From a virus (lineage: Duplodnaviria > Caudoviricetes), in the IMG/VR virus record IMGVR_UViG_3300048561_000081, positions 1 through 37,004 of that record: a stretch of 37,004 nucleotides of DNA; one strand, written 5' to 3'. Positions 33,471 through 37,004 of the stretch are shown piece after piece (the stretch's first letter is position 1; the number at the start of each line of letters is the position of its first letter). The notes under the pieces were generated by a model. The model made no database searches and was not told the DNA's origin. It saw only the letters and a program-made list of their open reading frames with translations. The translations under genes and the position numbers were made by a program.

Positions 33471-33476
33471 AGCCTG
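33456..33476. repeat. Heptamers CAGCCTG-GAGCCTG-AAGCCTG
   Basis: Supplies the TGA stop at 33468-33470 and abuts ATG 33477. Confidence 0.88.
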
Positions 33477-33704
33477 ATGAAACTCTACGCCGTCGTTCAT
33501 GCGGACAAACCCAACGAGCCGGTGACCGACATCACCAACGGCCCGGTGATCTACACGGACAAGACCGGCGCCGATCTCTACGCCGGCCAGCGTGGCAAGC
33601 GCCGCCGCGTCCGCCCGGTGCAGCTCGTGTTCCTGGATGACGAGCCGGCTGCCGTTCTCGAGAACAAGCCGCGCACGAGAGGCGGAAAAAAGGCCAGAAA
33701 ATGA
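33477..33704 (+). CDS. Hypothetical protein
   Basis: 75 aa, ATGA overlap downstream. Confidence 0.6.
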   Translation: MKLYAVVHADKPNEPVTDITNGPVIYTDKTGADLYAGQRGKRRRVRPVQLVFLDDEPAAVLENKPRTRGGKKARK

Positions 33705-34546
33705 CCGGTCGCGCCTGGACATCTTCCGAACTTCGCACCCTTCGCCGGCTCTATCCGGTGTTGGGGCCCCACGACACGGCAGCGGCGATAGGCCGAACCG
33801 TGAAGGCGGTCAGCTCGCGCGCCAAGGTCCTGCACATCCAGGTGGAGGGTTGCCGGCGATTCTGGACCACGGAGGAACTCGACTTCGTCCGCGCGAATTA
33901 CCGGCAGCTCACGGCGAAGCAGATCGGCGCGCAGCTCGGCCGCTCGGTCTCATCCGTCTACCAGGGTGCGGAGAAGCTCGGCCTGGTCATCGCTCGCCCG
34001 CCGCTTGATCGTGAAGCGCGGCTTGCGTCATTGCGTCAGCTTCACGCGCAGGGCTACAGCGATTCAGAGATTGCCAGGGAGTGGGGCATATCCCGCAAGG
34101 TCGCCGAGGACTGGCGCAAGCGCGCAGGGTTGCCGAGCAACGCCTTATCCGAGCACCGGCGCGCCCGCGTGCGTGAGAAGACGCGCGAGCAGCTCGCGCG
34201 TGCCGGGCTGCCGTCTCTCGCTCACGTGCGTCTGGCTGCTTTCAAGAAATTCGCGCGCAAGCATGGCTGGCCGGAGGATCTGCGTCCCCGTGCCGTGATG
34301 ATGCTGAACGCAATGTGGCAGCGGGGCCCGATGACGCGCAGGGAGTTGGCCGACGCCATCGGCATGCCTTGGAAGGGATCGCGCAAGAGTCTCGTCTCGA
34401 ATGATCCCGAAGGCAGTTACCTCGCGCACCTCATGAAGCGCGGCCTGGTCGTGTCCCTCGGTCGCTGCAAGCAGAACGGAGGCCAGGGCAAGAACACTCA
34501 CGTCTATACGCTCGCACTCGATGTGCAGCGCGGAAAGGTTGGATAG
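33701..34546 (+). CDS. Multi-HTH DNA-binding protein
   Basis: Repeats WTSSELRTLRRLY / WTTEELDFVRANY; GYSDSEIAREWGISRKV; GPMTRRELADAIG. Confidence 0.78.
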   Translation: MTGRAWTSSELRTLRRLYPVLGPHDTAAAIGRTVKAVSSRAKVLHIQVEGCRRFWTTEELDFVRANYRQLTAKQIGAQLGRSVSSVYQGAEKLGLVIARPPLDREARLASLRQLHAQGYSDSEIAREWGISRKVAEDWRKRAGLPSNALSEHRRARVREKTREQLARAGLPSLAHVRLAAFKKFARKHGWPEDLRPRAVMMLNAMWQRGPMTRRELADAIGMPWKGSRKSLVSNDPEGSYLAHLMKRGLVVSLGRCKQNGGQGKNTHVYTLALDVQRGKVG

Positions 34547-34551
34547 TGCCC

Positions 34552-34941
34552 ATGGGTAAGCATCGTGCTCCGTTGTCCGTGACCGACATCGCTCCAGCGC
34601 AGAGCGACTTCGCGGGCCTTCCGCCGTGGATGCAGACCATGCGCCAGGCGGCGATGGACTCGATCAAGGAAGAGGACGTCAAGCAGATCGTGGCCAACCA
34701 GGTCAAGGCCGCGAAGGAAGGTGACGGCAAGGCGATCCGGTTCGTGTTCGATTACCTGCTCGGCGGCAACGCGATGAAGGGCGCCACGTTCATCCAGAAC
34801 AACTTCCACGGCGAGCAGCCGCAGACGCCGACCGACGAACGGCCGGGCAGCAACGGCAAGCTCAGCAAGATGCAGAAGCGTCTAGCCGCGAATCTGCCGC
34901 TTACGAACAAAGACGACGGCCCGGAGGTGGATCTGTCGTGA
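34552..34941 (+). CDS. Hypothetical protein resembling small-terminase oligomerisation segments
   Basis: IVANQVKAAKEGDGKAIRFVFDYLLG. Confidence 0.6.
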   Translation: MGKHRAPLSVTDIAPAQSDFAGLPPWMQTMRQAAMDSIKEEDVKQIVANQVKAAKEGDGKAIRFVFDYLLGGNAMKGATFIQNNFHGEQPQTPTDERPGSNGKLSKMQKRLAANLPLTNKDDGPEVDLS

Positions 34942-35044
34942 CTCGTGTTGAACATTGCGAAATGAAAAGGCCGAGGGCGACCCGGTGTCATTTGGTTCCG
35001 ATCGACGCGAGCCGAACGGAGGTGGGCCGCCCCCGGCTGTCCAG

Positions 35045-35443
35045 TCATACCACTGAGCGCAATTGCACGGTCAGCTTCACCGCGCACAGTTGGTTCAGCG
35101 ACACGCCTTCCGCGTCTGCCTCTGCGAGCAGCGCCGCGTGTATAGCCTTCGGAAGTCGAATGCTCAAGTGGCCGTTGGCGGACGCCAGGCGGTCACCCAG
35201 GGGCGCAGGATCTCCCTTGGAGCCGCGCAGCTCTTCGATCATCGCCAGGATGGCGGCGTGTTCCTCCGTCTGCCCGAACGCGGTGCGCTCGCCCGGCGTC
35301 GCGAACAGCTTTGCATACGGACTGCCCAGGCCGAACACGGCGTTGTGCAGTTCAATCCAGTTCTTCGCGCCGGCGCGCACCTTTTCCGCGAGGCGCACCA
35401 GCTCCGCTGCCTTCTTGGACAGCTCACGGTCTTTCTTGTTCAT
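35045..35443 (-). CDS. HicB-like antitoxin/regulator with C-terminal ribbon-helix-helix
   Basis: ANGHLSIRLPKAIHAALLAEADAEGVSLNQLCAVKL; AAGGA RBS. Confidence 0.8.
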   Translation of the reverse strand: MNKKDRELSKKAAELVRLAEKVRAGAKNWIELHNAVFGLGSPYAKLFATPGERTAFGQTEEHAAILAMIEELRGSKGDPAPLGDRLASANGHLSIRLPKAIHAALLAEADAEGVSLNQLCAVKLTVQLRSVV

Positions 35444-35484
35444 CGATCATCCTTGCCTTTCTGAATCCCGAGCACGCGGGAAGT

Positions 35485-35506
35485 GGGGGGGTCTTGCGAC
35501 CCCCCC
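35485..35506 (-). terminator. GC hairpin GGGGGGGTC-GCAA-GACCCCCCC between cassette genes
   Basis: 9-bp perfect stem, GNRA loop on the minus strand, no strong U-tract. Confidence 0.5.
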
Positions 35507-35512
35507 GGTCCC

Positions 35513-35833
35513 TCAGTCGTTGGTGGTCAGGAATTCGATTCCGTCCCGCACTTCGAAGTACATCGCGATTTGCCCGAGTTGTTTTCCGATGTCCCGCACC
35601 GCTTGGCGGGCTTCAGTCAACCGCTCGGCTTCGAAGGCCACTACGATCTTGAGCGACTGGTCCACGTACAGGCGACCATCCGCCGGATCGATCCAGTGCC
35701 CTTCGACGATTCCTTCGATCGTCAGGCCGCCGAACCGTTCCCGTAAGGCTTGCAGGATTGCATCCTGTTCGCCTCGGGGGACCTCCGACCCGTCATTTCG
35801 ACGGGTCGGCACCAGCGTGATGAAAGCTTTCAC
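35513..35833 (-). CDS. Small alpha/beta protein (DUF3574/PII-like fold candidate, 106 aa)
   Basis: GGGGGTGA RBS before GTG; RFGGLT..EGHW..GRLYVDQSLKIVV...LGQIAMYFE pattern. Confidence 0.7.
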   Translation of the reverse strand: MKAFITLVPTRRNDGSEVPRGEQDAILQALRERFGGLTIEGIVEGHWIDPADGRLYVDQSLKIVVAFEAERLTEARQAVRDIGKQLGQIAMYFEVRDGIEFLTTND

Positions 35834-35891
35834 TTCATCACCCCCTTTCGTGCTCGCGTCTTCACTTTTCAAAGAACCAAACGACACCCCA

Positions 35892-35947
35892 ATAATAGCA
35901 CAGGTACACACAAAGTCAAATGGAATTGTGTTTACGGGTGCTATTAT
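35892..35947. promoter_or_regulatory. Symmetric promoter/operator for the inverted cassette
   Basis: Minus-strand TTGACT-N16-TATTAT with TG extension; 22-bp imperfect inverted repeat whose outer 10 bp (ATAATAGCAC/GTGCTATTAT) are perfect. Confidence 0.75.
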
Positions 35948-36009
35948 AAAAAACCGGCCCGCGCGGCATCGCCAGGGCCGGTCACCGTGTGAAACTGGGG
36001 GAATCCGCA

Positions 36010-36264
36010 ATGCCTGAACAGGCCACGGTCGAATTGCATCCGGCTTGGCAATGGGACTGCGACGCGTGCGGCCGCGAGGTATTCGAACGCACGATGACTC
36101 AGCAGCTCACGGCGGAGGAAGTGCGGGAACTTGCGGAGCGCATGGGCGAAGAGGTGGTTGGCGAACTACCGCCCGATGACGAACGCGGCGAAGTAGTCCA
36201 CTTGCCCGACGAGGTCGAATGCCCGCACTGCGGCGCGATCTTTGCCACGGAGATCCCGGAGTGA
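36010..36264 (+). CDS. Acidic Zn-ribbon protein
   Basis: WDCDACG ... ECPHCG; GGGGGA RBS. Confidence 0.7.
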   Translation: MPEQATVELHPAWQWDCDACGREVFERTMTQQLTAEEVRELAERMGEEVVGELPPDDERGEVVHLPDEVECPHCGAIFATEIPE

Positions 36265-37004
36265 CCGCGCAGCTCTTTAATCCAAATGTGGCGGAATCGC
36301 TTCCGACCTTGCGCGACAGCGCAGGGGAAGAATACGTTGCGATGGCCGTCAACGTGTTTGCCATCAGCGGTCGCGGGCTGAAGGGCGAGGTGACGTTTTA
36401 CTATGGCCGGCGGGTGACCGGCACGATCACCCTCGACAAGCCGAACCCTGCTGGCCGCCTGCGTTGCACCATCGACTTCACGGCGCCGTCCTCCTGGAAG
36501 CGCGAGCATCCCCTTTCAGCTCTGCGCGTCGTCGCGCACTGGTTCCGTGATATCGGTGGATTTGCCGCCGTGCGCAAAGCGCACGTGTGCCACATCGTTG
36601 CACGCTTGGCCGAAGGCATGGAGGAAGCGGAGGCGCACCAGGCTGTCACGGCCTACGCCGCGAGCGAGTGGCACCAGAAGCGCCGGTGTTGGGTTGCTAT
36701 CCAGAAGTTCTTCACGAACCACGCTGGCCACGTGGAGCAATGGCTGGACAAGGCGCACTCAGATCCGCGGCTGCGCCCGCCCGATCCCGACGCCCCGCGC
36801 CGCGCCGAGGAGGCGAAGGCTCGCCTCGATGCTGCCGAGGCGCAACGCGCGAAGGTCGATCGCTGGAAGTTCCTCGCGACCGACCGCGGCCGCGAATACC
36901 TGGCCACCCCCGAAGGCCAGGCGTTCCTGAAGACTGCCGAGGGCCAGGACTTCCTGCGCTCGGATGCGTCGCGTACACTCAGATCATCCGGAGTGAATCA
37001 GTGA
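36261..37004 (+). CDS. Hypothetical protein
   Basis: GTGA overlap; C-terminal repeats FLATDRGRE/YLATPEGQA/FLKTAEGQD. Confidence 0.65.
   Translation: MTAQLFNPNVAESLPTLRDSAGEEYVAMAVNVFAISGRGLKGEVTFYYGRRVTGTITLDKPNPAGRLRCTIDFTAPSSWKREHPLSALRVVAHWFRDIGGFAAVRKAHVCHIVARLAEGMEEAEAHQAVTAYAASEWHQKRRCWVAIQKFFTNHAGHVEQWLDKAHSDPRLRPPDPDAPRRAEEAKARLDAAEAQRAKVDRWKFLATDRGREYLATPEGQAFLKTAEGQDFLRSDASRTLRSSGVNQ

Larger units (their letters stand above)
1..37004. mobile_element. Mu-like transposable phage/prophage, internal segment, divergent (B3/BcepMu-like) layout
   Basis: Adjacent DDE transposase and AAA ATPase on the + arm; head and tail module on the - arm; regulators in the middle. Element ends not identified. 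Confidence 0.93.

Noticed and set aside
34938-36017. 359-aa + ORF coupled to 34941
   Set aside because: Antisense to two well-formed genes and their promoter; Ser/Arg-rich
1-37004. DGR, retron, invertible tail segment, tRNA, Mu-type ends
   Set aside because: No reverse transcriptase, TR/VR pair, invertase, cloverleaf or terminal binding-site array seen; both edges are gene stops within phage operons

Overview
The 37-kb high-GC window is an internal part of a transposable (Mu-like) phage or prophage with two divergent arms, as in B3/BcepMu. Left arm (minus strand, about 1-21.3 kb): lipoprotein/holin-like genes, Mu-type small and large terminase, an HK97-type portal fused to MuF, HK97-type protease and major capsid, head-tail connectors, tail tube, a short tape measure and tail-tip/spike proteins. 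Centre (21.3-24.9 kb): two long hairpin-rich non-coding stretches and a divergent switch of small regulators with repeated TCGTAC boxes. Right arm (plus strand): CII-like and Zn-finger genes, MuA-like DDE transposase, MuB-like ATPase, a GemA-like gene, accessory beta-helix and nucleoside-deoxyribosyltransferase-like genes, and an inverted two-gene HicB-like cassette. No element ends, tRNA, rRNA, CRISPR or reverse transcriptase were seen. Main unusual observations: (1) several virion-type decoration/spike proteins carry N-terminal export signals; (2) the element is densely colonised by three REP-like hairpin families, all on the same strand and two showing compensatory base changes, plus about 16 heptamer tandem-repeat loci at gene junctions or in frame inside genes; (3) a roughly 750-nt structured leader precedes the late operon. 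A Planctomycetota-like host is inferred from the dockerin motif and repeat types but is not demonstrated. All family assignments are by-eye motif recognition; no searches were run.
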